From positions 160,001-224,000 of the forward strand of contig CAWKDB010000002.1 of the NCBI GenBank assembly GCA_963848295.1: 64,000 bases of DNA, given 5' to 3'. Under the pieces are notes generated by a model that saw only the letters and a program-made list of their open reading frames with translations, searched no databases and had not been told where the DNA came from. A program made the position numbers and the translations under genes. The stretch is from an uncultured delta proteobacterium (GTDB lineage: Bacteria; Myxococcota_A; Polyangia; Haliangiales; Haliangiaceae). Below, piece by piece: positions 32,983 through 45,506 of this stretch (position 1 is the stretch's first letter; each line of letters starts with the position of its first letter).

Positions 32983-35900
32983 CCACCTTGCCGCGCGGCG
33001 GAGTACGCCGCAACAAGCTGTACATCACGGGGACAAAAAACAGGGTCGTGACCGTCGCCAATCCCAGCCCGCCGATCACCGCGCGACCGAGCGGTGCGTT
33101 CGCCTCGCCGCCGTCGCCCAAGCCGATCGCCATCGGCACCATGCCGATCACCATCGCGAGCGCGGTCATGATCACCGGCCGCAACCGCGTCATCCCCGAC
33201 GCGAGCGCGGCACTCTGCGCGTTGCGGCCGTGCGCCCGCTGGTCGTTCGCGAACGACACCACGAGGATGCTATTCGACGTCGCCACGCCGACGCACATGA
33301 TCGAACCGATCAGCGCTGGCACGGACAGCGTCGTGCCCGTGAGGAACAAGATCCACACGATGCCGGCGAGCGCGCCCGGCAGGGCCATCAGGATGATGAA
33401 CGGATCGAGCCACGACTGGAAGTTCACGACCATCAGCAGGTACACGAGCACGATCGCGAAGATCAGCCCGTACTGCAGTCCGCCGAACGAGCTGTTCATG
33501 CTCTCGGCCTGCCCCCTGACCGTGATCCGCGTCCCGGGCGGCGCCTTCGCTCGCATGTGCGCGACGACCGCGTCGACGGCGTCCGACACCGATCCCAGGT
33601 CGGCGCCTTCGACGTTCGCCTGGACGTCGTACGTGCGCGAGCTGTGGGTGTCGTGCGTGATGTTCGCCGGACCGCTGGTTCGCGTGATCCCAGCGAGGTT
33701 GCCTATCGTCTGTGGCTTGCCGCCGCCGGTCGAGATCGGCGTGGCCCGCAACGCATCTACCGAGTCGACCTCGTACTGCGGGGTCTGCACCGCGACCAGG
33801 TACTGCGCACCGCGTGGGTCGATCCAGAACGACGGGGCCACGACACCACTCGACGACAGCGAGACCAGCAGATCGCCCGCGACGTCGCGCTCGGACAGCC
33901 CCGCCTGCTGGGCCTCGGTGCGATCGATCGTCACCTTCAATTCGGGGACGTCCGTGACCTGCGCGAGGTGGACGTCGGCGGCACCGTGCACCCTCCCGAC
34001 TCGCGCCTCGAGCTCCCGCGCGAACGCGAGGGTCGCGGGCTCGCTGCCGATCGGTCCGACGACCTGGAGATCGATCGGTGCGGCGATACCGAAGTTCAGG
34101 ACCTGCGTCGAGATATCGGGCGCGAGGAAGAAGAACGTCTCGTGCGGGTACGCCGCGCGCAGCGCCTTGCGCATCGCTTGCCGGTAGTCGGCGGTAGGCG
34201 CGTGGCCGTCCTTGAGCGAGATCAGGATCTGCGCGTCGGCCGACGAGATCAGCGCGCCTTCGCTGAGCGACAGGTTGATTCCCGAGTAAGGCGTTCCGAC
34301 GATATCGAGCATCGTGTCGAGATCGCGCTTCGGGATCACGCCGCGGATCGTTTGTTCGATCGCGGCGATCCGCTTCTCGGTCTCCTCGATCCGTGTGCCC
34401 GGCGCGCCGCGCACGTGGAGCTTGATCAACCCGGCGTCGACCGACGGGAAGAAGTCGCGCCCGACGAGCGGGGTCAGCGTGAGCGAACCGGCGACGAACG
34501 CGGTGAACGTCAAGATCACGAACCCGCGGTGCTGCAACGCCCACGCGAGGTGCCGGCCGTACCAGGTGCGCACGCGATCGAAGTTGCTGTCGAACCAGCG
34601 CGCGAAAGGGTGCGGCCGGTGATGGGCCATCGCTTCGCGGGCGAGCAGATAGCGGACCATCGTCGGCAACAGCGTGCGCGACAGGACGTACGACATCAGC
34701 ATCGCGAACACGACCGCGAGCGCGAGCGGCACGAACAAGTACCGCGACACGCCGGCCAAGAACGCGATCGGCGTGAAGACGATGCAGATCGACAGCGTCG
34801 ACACGAACGCCGGCACCGCGATCTGCTGCGCGCCATCGAGGATCGCGCGCACGAACGGCTTGCGCTGGCCGACGTTGCGGTGAATGTTCTCGATCTCGAC
34901 CGTCGCGTCGTCGACGAGCACGCCGACCGCGAGCGCCAGGCCGCCCAGCGTCATGACGTTCAGCGTCTCGCCGAGTGCATGCAACGCGATGATCGAGAAC
35001 AGGATCGACAGCGGGATCGAGATGATCACGGTCAGCGTCGATCGCCAGCTGCCGAGGAACAGCAGGATCATTAGCCCGGTCAGCACCGCCGCGACGACCG
35101 CCTCCTTGACGACGCCGTTGATCGAATCGCGGACGAACACCGACTGGTCGAACATGGTCTTGACGGTCAGATGTCCTCGGGCCTCGGCCGGCAGGTGATC
35201 GAGCGCGTGCGGCAGGGCGGCCTTGATCCCGTCGGTGACCGCGAGGGTCGACGCGTCGCCGTTCTTCAGGATCGCCATCAGCACCGAGCGCCTGCCCTCG
35301 ACGTGGACCATGTTGGTCTGCGGCGGGTTGCCGTTGCGCACGCTCGCTACGTCCCGCACGTAGACGGTGTGTCCGTTGACCGTCTTGACCGGGAGCGCCG
35401 CGATCTCGTCGAGCGTCTGCGGCGTCGAGTCCATCACGATCGGGAACTCGTTGACCCCGAGCTTCGCGGTCCCCGACGGAAACACCACGTTCTCGAGCCC
35501 GAGCGCGGCCTGCACGTCGCGCGGCGACAACTGCCACGCCTGCAGGCGCTGCGGATCGATGTCGACCATGATCTCGCGCTGCTTGCCGCCGTACGGCCAC
35601 GGGATCTCCGCGCCGGGGACCGTCGCCAGCTCGGCGCGCACGAAGTAGATGCCGTAATCGAACAGCTGCTGCTCGGACAACGTGTCGCTCTCGAGCGCGA
35701 GCATCATCACCGGCACGCTCGTCGCGCTGTAGCGCATGATCAATGGCGGCACCGAGCCGGGTGGCATCGACCGCACCGCGGCCTGCGCGATCGACGTGGT
35801 CTCCGCCACGGCCTCGTCCTCGCTCGCGCCGGGCTGGAGGTAGATCTTGATCACCGCCTTGCCGAACAGCGTCAGGCTCTCCATGTGATCGATGTCGCTG

Positions 35901-36124
35901 ACGATCGTGGTCAGGAACCGCTCGAAGTTCGTCACCACCCGCTGTTCCATGTCCTGGGGCGTCAGGCCGTCGTAGCTGAAGATGACGGTGAGCACCGGGA
36001 TGTTGATGCTCGGGAAGATGTCGGTCGGCGTCTTCTTGATCGAGTAGCCGCCGCCGAGCGCGATCAGCATCGCCATCACGACGAACGTGTAAGGGCGGCG
36101 CAGCGCTAGCCGTACGATCCACAT
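32966..36124 (-). CDS. RND efflux transporter permease (AcrB/AcrD/AcrF family)
   Basis: 1052 aa; GVLVDDATVEIENI, RLRPVIMT, PLGRAVIGGL. Confidence 0.95.
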   Translation of the reverse strand: MWIVRLALRRPYTFVVMAMLIALGGGYSIKKTPTDIFPSINIPVLTVIFSYDGLTPQDMEQRVVTNFERFLTTIVSDIDHMESLTLFGKAVIKIYLQPGASEDEAVAETTSIAQAAVRSMPPGSVPPLIMRYSATSVPVMMLALESDTLSEQQLFDYGIYFVRAELATVPGAEIPWPYGGKQREIMVDIDPQRLQAWQLSPRDVQAALGLENVVFPSGTAKLGVNEFPIVMDSTPQTLDEIAALPVKTVNGHTVYVRDVASVRNGNPPQTNMVHVEGRRSVLMAILKNGDASTLAVTDGIKAALPHALDHLPAEARGHLTVKTMFDQSVFVRDSINGVVKEAVVAAVLTGLMILLFLGSWRSTLTVIISIPLSILFSIIALHALGETLNVMTLGGLALAVGVLVDDATVEIENIHRNVGQRKPFVRAILDGAQQIAVPAFVSTLSICIVFTPIAFLAGVSRYLFVPLALAVVFAMLMSYVLSRTLLPTMVRYLLAREAMAHHRPHPFARWFDSNFDRVRTWYGRHLAWALQHRGFVILTFTAFVAGSLTLTPLVGRDFFPSVDAGLIKLHVRGAPGTRIEETEKRIAAIEQTIRGVIPKRDLDTMLDIVGTPYSGINLSLSEGALISSADAQILISLKDGHAPTADYRQAMRKALRAAYPHETFFFLAPDISTQVLNFGIAAPIDLQVVGPIGSEPATLAFARELEARVGRVHGAADVHLAQVTDVPELKVTIDRTEAQQAGLSERDVAGDLLVSLSSSGVVAPSFWIDPRGAQYLVAVQTPQYEVDSVDALRATPISTGGGKPQTIGNLAGITRTSGPANITHDTHSSRTYDVQANVEGADLGSVSDAVDAVVAHMRAKAPPGTRITVRGQAESMNSSFGGLQYGLIFAIVLVYLLMVVNFQSWLDPFIILMALPGALAGIVWILFLTGTTLSVPALIGSIMCVGVATSNSILVVSFANDQRAHGRNAQSAALASGMTRLRPVIMTALAMVIGMVPMAIGLGDGGEANAPLGRAVIGGLGLATVTTLFFVPVMYSLLRRTPPRGKVDDLLD

Positions 36125-36215
36125 CGATGCGGGTCCAGTGTGCCCGTCTTGCCGCGGCTGTCCAGGGTCAGCCGCCGGGTCAACAGTTGTTCACGTATCG
36201 ATGTTGTTCGAAGCG

Positions 36216-37505
36216 TTACAGTGTCGGGGCGAGTCCGCGGGCCAATGCCAGCAGCTGTGCTGGAACATTGAGCGAGGGATCAACGATCACGGCGTCGAGC
36301 AGCGCCCCCAGCAGCTTGCCGATGGCGGGTCCGGGCCCGAGCGCGAGCTCCGCCATCAGGGTCTTGCCGTCGATCGCGAGGTCGGCGACCGCCAGGGGGA
36401 CGTTGGCCGCGAGCGCACGCTCCGAGTTGGCAACCAGCGGATTCGCGGGTGCTTCGGCTCGCCATAGGGCAATCGCAGCCGCGCGCTTGTCCTGATCGAT
36501 CTGGGAGAGCAGTCGACGAGCTTCCTCGTCCGTCCAGCTCCCCGCAACGACGCTACTCGACACGCTCGCCAGCACTGCGGCGGTTCTCGCCTCGTGCGCG
36601 CTCAGCTTCCACATCGACGCGAGCTTCGTCACCTCGCGAAAGCACGCCGTGTCGAGCCGGCGGGGATCTGCGCCCGGCGTCGCGAGTGGGGAACAGAACG
36701 CTCCGAGCCGCGTGTCCATGCTCGGGCTCCGGTCGATCACGTCTAGCCAGCGAGCCTCGTCCTCGCCAACGAGACGCGCTCCAATCTCTGCAAACACCGT
36801 GTCCACGATGCCGGTGCGCAACGCGGGCGCGAGTGCTCGCGACGGCTGGCGCGCCGCGAGGATCTTGCGCAGCTCGTCGGCAACACGCTCGCGCGACACC
36901 TTCGCGAGCGACGGCAGCGCGAGCGCGATCGCGGCCTCGGTCGCCGGCTCGAGCGTGAACTCGAGCTGCGCCGCGAATCGCACCGCGCGCATCACGCGCA
37001 AGCCGTCTTCGGTGAAGCGCGCGACCGGATCGCCGACCGCGCGCAGCACGCGGTTCGCGACGTCGTCGCGCCCGCCGAACGGATCGACGAGCTCACCGTT
37101 CTCGACGTCATAGGCGATCGCGTTGACGACCAAGTCTCGCCGCGCGAGATCCTCGATCAGCGGCACGCCGAACACGACCGAGTCCGGCCGGCGCGCGTCG
37201 GTGTAGGCACCCTCGCCGCGAAACGTCGTGACCTCGACGTGGCTGTGGACGCCTTTGCCGGTCACCACCGTCACCGTGCCGTGCTGGATCCCGGTCGGAA
37301 TGACGTGGCGAAATAGCGGCGTAACCTGGTCCGGCGTCGCCGAGGTCGCGACGTCCCAATCGCCGGGCGCGCGTCCGAGCAGCGCGTCGCGCACCGCACC
37401 GCCGACGGTGACCGCTTGAAACCCGGCCTGCGCGAGCGTCCTGCATACCGCGCGAACATTCGCCGGCACCGCGGCTGCGAGGCGTGCGAGCGCGTCGTCT
37501 GCCAT
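36216..37505 (-). CDS. cca: CCA tRNA nucleotidyltransferase / poly(A) polymerase family
   Basis: VGGAVRD, DWDVAT, EVTTFR, DLARRD..VNAIA, EDGLRVMRAVRF, SRERVADE. Confidence 0.85.
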   Translation of the reverse strand: MADDALARLAAAVPANVRAVCRTLAQAGFQAVTVGGAVRDALLGRAPGDWDVATSATPDQVTPLFRHVIPTGIQHGTVTVVTGKGVHSHVEVTTFRGEGAYTDARRPDSVVFGVPLIEDLARRDLVVNAIAYDVENGELVDPFGGRDDVANRVLRAVGDPVARFTEDGLRVMRAVRFAAQLEFTLEPATEAAIALALPSLAKVSRERVADELRKILAARQPSRALAPALRTGIVDTVFAEIGARLVGEDEARWLDVIDRSPSMDTRLGAFCSPLATPGADPRRLDTACFREVTKLASMWKLSAHEARTAAVLASVSSSVVAGSWTDEEARRLLSQIDQDKRAAAIALWRAEAPANPLVANSERALAANVPLAVADLAIDGKTLMAELALGPGPAIGKLLGALLDAVIVDPSLNVPAQLLALARGLAPTL

Positions 37506-37517
37506 GCGTCCGCTCGA

Positions 37518-40229
<2,712 letters not shown>

Positions 40230-40320
40230 CGAAGGCAATCGTATCAGATCACACGTCCTATCACCGCGGCCGTTCGCCACGAGACAGCAGTGGCGTGGCC
40301 GGTGTATCGTATCTCTCGGG

Positions 40321-40743
40321 ATGAGTCGTTTCGGCGCGTTCATCGCGTTCGCCGGCCTGCTGGCGCTCGCCGGGTGTCCTACCGTCGACCTCGGCGACAC
40401 GCCCGAGAACCTCGGCGTGTGCAACCCCCCCGGGGGGGAGCAGTACTTCGAGGACATGATCTGGCCGAACTACATGAACGTGCCGGGCACGATCCCGCCG
40501 GACCACAAGTGCACCGACTCCGGCTGCCACGACCTCGGCGGCTCGGTCATGCGCATGACGGTGGACCCACCCGACTACCAGGCGAACTATACGATCGTCC
40601 AAGCCGAGCTGAACTGTTCCGATCCGGAGGCAAGCAAGTTCCTGACGTGGCCACTCGCGGGTATCGACGCGCATGGCGGCGGCGACATCTTCAACGTCGG
40701 CGACCCGCAGTACGAAGTGTTCGAGGCATGGTTCGCTCCCTAG
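40321..40743 (+). CDS. Lipoprotein with CX4CH motif (possible c-type cytochrome-like domain)
   Basis: Lipobox LAGC; CTDSGCH; SKFLTWPL...HGGG. Confidence 0.65.
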   Translation: MSRFGAFIAFAGLLALAGCPTVDLGDTPENLGVCNPPGGEQYFEDMIWPNYMNVPGTIPPDHKCTDSGCHDLGGSVMRMTVDPPDYQANYTIVQAELNCSDPEASKFLTWPLAGIDAHGGGDIFNVGDPQYEVFEAWFAP

Positions 40744-41504
40744 TAAAGCACTCCGCCGCGGCGCTGGTTCTGTGTCTCGCCGCGAGCTCGGCGAGTGCGG
40801 ATGCGTACCTGCGCGTCATCGCGCAAAAGGCGTCGGTGCGCAGCGGCCCGAGCGCGAGCTACCGCGAAGTCTACGTCGCGGAGCGCGGCCAGGTGTTCCA
40901 GGTGGTCGAGCGCGGGACGAGCAACTACTGGTTCAAGATCGAGCTCGACGACGGCACGACCGGTTGGATCCTCGGCGACGTCGTATATCCGTTCGAAGCG
41001 GGCGAAGGCGAAGAGTCGCCGGGCGCGTTCACGCTGATGGGGCGCGCGATCCGCGGCGCGGTGCTCGGCCCCTCGCCGGTGCAATTCGCGCACGCCGGCA
41101 TGTCGTTCTCGGCGGGCGTGATCGACCACGAGGGCGTGTTCATGCTGCGACCGTCGTGGCTGATCGATCCGTACTGGGCGGTCGAAGGCTTCGCGGGGCT
41201 GTCGCCGCGCTCGACCACCGACGTCTATTACGGCGGCCTCGGGTTCACGCTCCGGATGATTCCAGGCGCGGTGATCGGGCCGTACGCGAACCTCGGGCTG
41301 GGCGCGGCGCATGTCTCGCCGAAAGCCGACAACTACGTCGATCCGCAGGAGACGCTGATGGCGCTGGTCGCCGGCGGCGGCTTGGAGATCACGCTGAAGA
41401 AACAGATCACGGTCCGGCTCGACGTTCGCAACTGGACGATCTTCAACCAGAACAAGTCGAGCCTCGGCCAGGAGTACACCGGCGGCTTGGCGGTCTTTTT
41501 CTAG
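40728..41504 (+). CDS. SH3b domain plus outer-membrane beta-barrel protein
   Basis: VRSGPSASY...WFKIEL.DG..GWI; beta strands; terminal LAVFF. Confidence 0.75.
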   Translation: MVRSLVKHSAAALVLCLAASSASADAYLRVIAQKASVRSGPSASYREVYVAERGQVFQVVERGTSNYWFKIELDDGTTGWILGDVVYPFEAGEGEESPGAFTLMGRAIRGAVLGPSPVQFAHAGMSFSAGVIDHEGVFMLRPSWLIDPYWAVEGFAGLSPRSTTDVYYGGLGFTLRMIPGAVIGPYANLGLGAAHVSPKADNYVDPQETLMALVAGGGLEITLKKQITVRLDVRNWTIFNQNKSSLGQEYTGGLAVFF

Positions 41505-41512
41505 GAGTCACC

Positions 41513-41737
41513 ATGCGGGCAATCATCAGCGCTCTCGCAATCGCCATCGTGGCTTCGCTCGCGACCGGCTGCGGTCGTACCGCGGTGCGGGCCTCGGAGA
41601 AGGCGTTCCTCGCGGATCAGGTGATGATCTTCGCCGCCGATCCGCAAGAGGCGGCGTCCGACGACCACATCAAGTCGGAGCGCGAAGGCGCGGCCGGCGG
41701 TAACGGCGCCAAGGGCGGAGGGTGCGGTTGCAACTAG
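41513..41737 (+). CDS. DUF4266 family lipoprotein
   Basis: SD AGGAG; lipobox ATGC; C-terminal REGAAGGNGAKGGGCGCN. Confidence 0.85.
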   Translation: MRAIISALAIAIVASLATGCGRTAVRASEKAFLADQVMIFAADPQEAASDDHIKSEREGAAGGNGAKGGGCGCN

Positions 41738-42993
41738 GCCGCATAGGACTGATCGCACTCGTCGCGGGCGTGCCGGTCGGGGTGGCGACCCCGGCGCGCG
41801 CCGACGATACCGCCGAGGCGTCGACGTCGGTGTTCGCGGAGAAGCGCGACGGCGGCAAGGGCGGTCTCACCGTGGTGCATCCGCAGCTCGACCTCGGCGT
41901 CGATCTCGGCCGCTATGTCACGCTCGCCGCCGGCTACTCGGCCGACGCGGTCAGCGGCGCGACCGCGACCACGTACTCGGTCGATGCAGTGTCGACCGCG
42001 ACGAAGTTCTCCGACTTCCGCCAGGAGGGTGACGTCGGCCTCGGCTTCCAGGGGCGGCGGTCGAAGCTGTCGTTCAACACGAGCTACAGCACCGAGCGCG
42101 ATTACCTGTCGCGTTCGATCGGCGGGGCGGCGTCGATCGACCTCGCCGGCCGCAACACGACGATGGCCCTCGCCTACTCGCATAGCTGGGACACGGTCTG
42201 CGACAAGGACAACGGGATGGCTACCCCACTCGATAGCCGCGCGCTGGTCGGCTCCGACCCGTGCATGAAGTCCGGGATCTCGGGCAAGGACGACCCGGGC
42301 ATCACGATCTGGAAGCCGCTGTCCATCGACACGGCGCAGGTGACACTGACCCAGAACCTGTCGCCGACGCTGAACATGCAGATCGCCGGTTACGGCCAGG
42401 TCCTCGACGGCTTCCAATCAAATCCGTACCGCAGCGTCGATGTCGGCGGCGTCAACGCGCAGGAGTACATCCCGAACGTGCGCGCGCGCTGGTCGGTCAC
42501 GGCGCGGGTCAACCGTTACCTGCCGAAGCTGCACGGCGCCGTCCACTTCGGCGCGCGGTTCTACGACGACACCTGGCACGTGATCGGCGGCGACGTCGAG
42601 CTCGCGTACTCGCAATATATCGGCAACAGCTTGCTCCTGCGCATCCACGCGCGGGTCTATCAGCAGACCTCCGCGGCGTTCTTCAAAGACGCGTTCTACT
42701 ACCTGACGCAATCGACCGCGGGCGCCTACTACACCGGCGACCGCGAGCTGTCGCCGGTGCGCAACGCGATGGTCGGGGCCAAGCTGACGTTGATCTCGCT
42801 CGGCGGCGACAAGAAGGTCTGGCACCTGTTCGACAAGCTCCAGCTCAACCTGAAGGGCGACGTGCTGTTCCTCGACAACCTCGCGGCCGACGACACCACG
42901 ATGAACACCGCGGGCATCGGCCAGCAGTTCATCTACGGCAACAGCATCGTCGATGCGGTGGTGCTCCAGCTGGGCCTCCTTGCCAACTACTAG
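41722..42993 (+). CDS. DUF3570 family outer-membrane protein
   Basis: MRLQL start overlapping the DUF4266 GCGCN codons; DAVSGA, STERDY, GFQSNPYR, RFYDDTW, GDRELS. Confidence 0.85.
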   Translation: MRLQLGRIGLIALVAGVPVGVATPARADDTAEASTSVFAEKRDGGKGGLTVVHPQLDLGVDLGRYVTLAAGYSADAVSGATATTYSVDAVSTATKFSDFRQEGDVGLGFQGRRSKLSFNTSYSTERDYLSRSIGGAASIDLAGRNTTMALAYSHSWDTVCDKDNGMATPLDSRALVGSDPCMKSGISGKDDPGITIWKPLSIDTAQVTLTQNLSPTLNMQIAGYGQVLDGFQSNPYRSVDVGGVNAQEYIPNVRARWSVTARVNRYLPKLHGAVHFGARFYDDTWHVIGGDVELAYSQYIGNSLLLRIHARVYQQTSAAFFKDAFYYLTQSTAGAYYTGDRELSPVRNAMVGAKLTLISLGGDKKVWHLFDKLQLNLKGDVLFLDNLAADDTTMNTAGIGQQFIYGNSIVDAVVLQLGLLANY

Positions 42994-43066
42994 CGTTGGT
43001 TGCCCCGCAAACGAGGGCCTCGGCCTGGCCTCGGGCCAGAAATGTCCGCGTTTCAGACGAACCAGG

Positions 43067-43072
43067 TATAAT
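43067..43072 (+). promoter_or_regulatory. -10 box (TATAAT) 6 nt before GTG: probable leaderless promoter
   Basis: Perfect TATAAT in high-GC DNA; no SD. Confidence 0.6.
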
Positions 43073-43078
43073 TAACGC

Positions 43079-44320
43079 GTGTACCGCTACGGGGATGGCA
43101 CACCGTTTCCACTCGATGAGAACTTCATCGACACGTTGACCCTTGCGGTCGAGGCCTGCACGAACGCGTTCTTGCCGGTCTCTGACCTCGATGCACGCCG
43201 CGATCGCGCGCGCGGCGGCCACTCCGAGGCCGAAAAAGAGCTGTCGCGCATCACCGAGCTCGAGAAGTCGGTCGGCGGAGCACTGGCGCTCTACCTCGTT
43301 CCCGACAAGAAGGCCGGCCAGATCCAGCCGATCGCCCAGAAGATCATGCAGGCGTCGAAGGGCGCGATCACGGCTGCGCGATCGCAGGTCGAGGCGCGCC
43401 TGCAAGCGCTCGACGCGCAGGCGTCGGCGCGTACCGCATCGGACGCGGTGCTCGCGGCGCTTCGCCCGTTCTTCGACGCGCAACAACTGCCGAAGGCGCA
43501 GTGGATCATGTCGTGGGACGTCCGGGTCGAGCCGCAAGCCGATGCGGTCGCGACGTCGGGCAAGCTGTCGGCCGCGTTCCGGCTCAACATCGATCAGTGG
43601 CGCCAGCCGGTGCGCGTCGATCAGCTGAGCGAAGGCGTGGTCGTCCACATGATGAAGAAGGGCCTGCTCGGCAAAGCGAAGCCGGCCCCGGTCGACCTCG
43701 GCAAGTACGTCATGGTCGCGTTCGAGCGCAACGCCCGCGAGGCGGTGATGACGCTGCGCGAGAACCCGAACAAGGCCTCCGGTGGCTTGCGCTTCGCGGT
43801 CGCCGAGCAGAGCGCGACGTGGCAGTCGCTGACGCCGAGCGGCGACGCCGAGACCGAGCCGAACCCGCTCGACCTGGAAGACATCGCGGGCATCCGCCGG
43901 CTCGGCGAAGCGACCGCCGCCGCGCTCAAAGATCTCGTCAACAACCGCACGCTCACCGATCTGACGCTCGGCAATCAAGTGCTCGCAGACCTCGCCGAGC
44001 CGCGCGCGGTGCCGATGGAGGTGCTGCAGCAGCTCACGCCGCTCGCACGCACGATCCGCGAGCGCAGCCGGATGTCCGGCGAGCTCGTGCTCAAGAAGGA
44101 TCTCGGCGGTGGCCGGCGTGAAGAGCTGTTCGTGCCGCGCTCGCAGCTCGCCCAGCAGTTCGCGCGGCTGCCGCCGGAGTACCGCAAGCCATTCGAGGAG
44201 ATGGGGATCACGAGCGAGGACACCCAGCCCGCGATCGTGATCGGACGCCCGCCCGCGAAGTCGCCACCGCCGCCGCCCGGCGCGCTCGGCGAAGACGCGC
44301 CGACCAAAGTCACGAAGTAG
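43079..44320 (+). CDS. Hypothetical protein (coiled coil plus beta-rich region)
   Basis: 413-aa ORF with strong codon bias; MYRYGDGTPFPLDENF. Confidence 0.8.
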   Translation: MYRYGDGTPFPLDENFIDTLTLAVEACTNAFLPVSDLDARRDRARGGHSEAEKELSRITELEKSVGGALALYLVPDKKAGQIQPIAQKIMQASKGAITAARSQVEARLQALDAQASARTASDAVLAALRPFFDAQQLPKAQWIMSWDVRVEPQADAVATSGKLSAAFRLNIDQWRQPVRVDQLSEGVVVHMMKKGLLGKAKPAPVDLGKYVMVAFERNAREAVMTLRENPNKASGGLRFAVAEQSATWQSLTPSGDAETEPNPLDLEDIAGIRRLGEATAAALKDLVNNRTLTDLTLGNQVLADLAEPRAVPMEVLQQLTPLARTIRERSRMSGELVLKKDLGGGRREELFVPRSQLAQQFARLPPEYRKPFEEMGITSEDTQPAIVIGRPPAKSPPPPPGALGEDAPTKVTK

Positions 44321-44357
44321 ATCGCTGCGCTGGTTTGTTACCGGCGCGTTCGTTTGG

Positions 44358-45410
44358 TCAGGACGCCATCGAAACGATCTCGTCGACGACGCGCTCGAGC
44401 AGCACGCGCTCGCCGAGCTCGCGGCCGAGCGTCTTCATCTGCGGTCCGGTGAACAGATCGCCGGCCGGGCCACCACCCGAGCGCGGCAGCGACAGCAGCG
44501 TGATGTCGCCCTTCAGCGCGCGATCGGCCGCGGCGAGCCGTTGCGTCGCGATCGCGAGCGCGTTCGGGCCGTAGCTCCGCGCCTGCGCGATCAGCTTGTC
44601 GACGATAAACGGTGGGACGCCTAGCCGGCCGTTCCATTCGCTGCGCGGCACGCCGCGATCGCGCAGGACGTGGACGAGCGACAGCTGACGAATGTGGCGC
44701 GCGAGCATGACGACCACGCCGACCGCGCTCTCCCGTTGATCGCATAGCGACACGACCGCGGCGAGCGCCCTGCCCCGATCGGCGGACCCGATCGCATCGG
44801 TCAGCTCGAACACCGACCGTTCGCGCGTGTCGGCGATCAGCTCGTCGACATCGTCGGCGGTCACCGCGCGGCCGGTCGCGAACAAGCCGAGTTGCTCGAG
44901 CGCGAGCGCGAGCCTCGACAGATCCGCGCCGACCGTCTCGATCAGCCGCGTCACCGCCGGTCCGTCGATCTTGACGCCGAGCGCGGTCGCTTCGTTGCGC
45001 ACCCACGGCATCAACTGGCGCGGTGCTTCGAGCACGTGCAGGAAGCCCTTCTTCGACAGTGCGGCGAACAGCTTCTGGCGCTTGTCGACCTTCGCGGCGA
45101 CGCCGACCACGACGGTCGACGGGTTAGGCTTGCCGAGATACGCGATCAGCGGCTCGGCGTCGTCGGCCGGCATCGCCGACAAGTCGCGCACGAACACCAT
45201 CCGGCGCTGGCCCATCATCGGCAGCGTCTGGGCGAGCGCGACGATCCGCGCCCCGGACGGCTTGCCCTCGACGACGTCGTAGTTGAAGCCGCGGGTCTCG
45301 GGCGGCACCGCGGCGTCTCGGATCGCGGTGAGCGCGCGCTCGATCAGGATCGCGTGCTCGGAGTGCAGCACGTAGATCGGATCCAAGCCATCGGCGATGA
45401 GCTCGTGCAC
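44358..45410 (-). CDS. holA: DNA polymerase III subunit delta
   Basis: PIYVLH.E, FNYD, AQTLPMMGQRRMV, LEQL.L, SVFELTDAI, ADRALKG. Confidence 0.88.
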   Translation of the reverse strand: MHELIADGLDPIYVLHSEHAILIERALTAIRDAAVPPETRGFNYDVVEGKPSGARIVALAQTLPMMGQRRMVFVRDLSAMPADDAEPLIAYLGKPNPSTVVVGVAAKVDKRQKLFAALSKKGFLHVLEAPRQLMPWVRNEATALGVKIDGPAVTRLIETVGADLSRLALALEQLGLFATGRAVTADDVDELIADTRERSVFELTDAIGSADRGRALAAVVSLCDQRESAVGVVVMLARHIRQLSLVHVLRDRGVPRSEWNGRLGVPPFIVDKLIAQARSYGPNALAIATQRLAAADRALKGDITLLSLPRSGGGPAGDLFTGPQMKTLGRELGERVLLERVVDEIVSMAS

Positions 45411-45424
45411 GCTGGCAACCTAGC

Positions 45425-45490
45425 AGATCGTGGACGTGGACGTGGACGTGCACGTGACACGTGGCACGTGCACGTACACGTACACGATCT
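45425..45490. repeat. Hexamer-built imperfect palindrome between divergent promoters
   Basis: AGATC(GTGGAC)3GTGCACGTGACACGTGGCACGTGCAC(GTACAC)2GATCT. Confidence 0.8.
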
Positions 45491-45506
45491 CCGGTAGTCT
45501 CGATCC

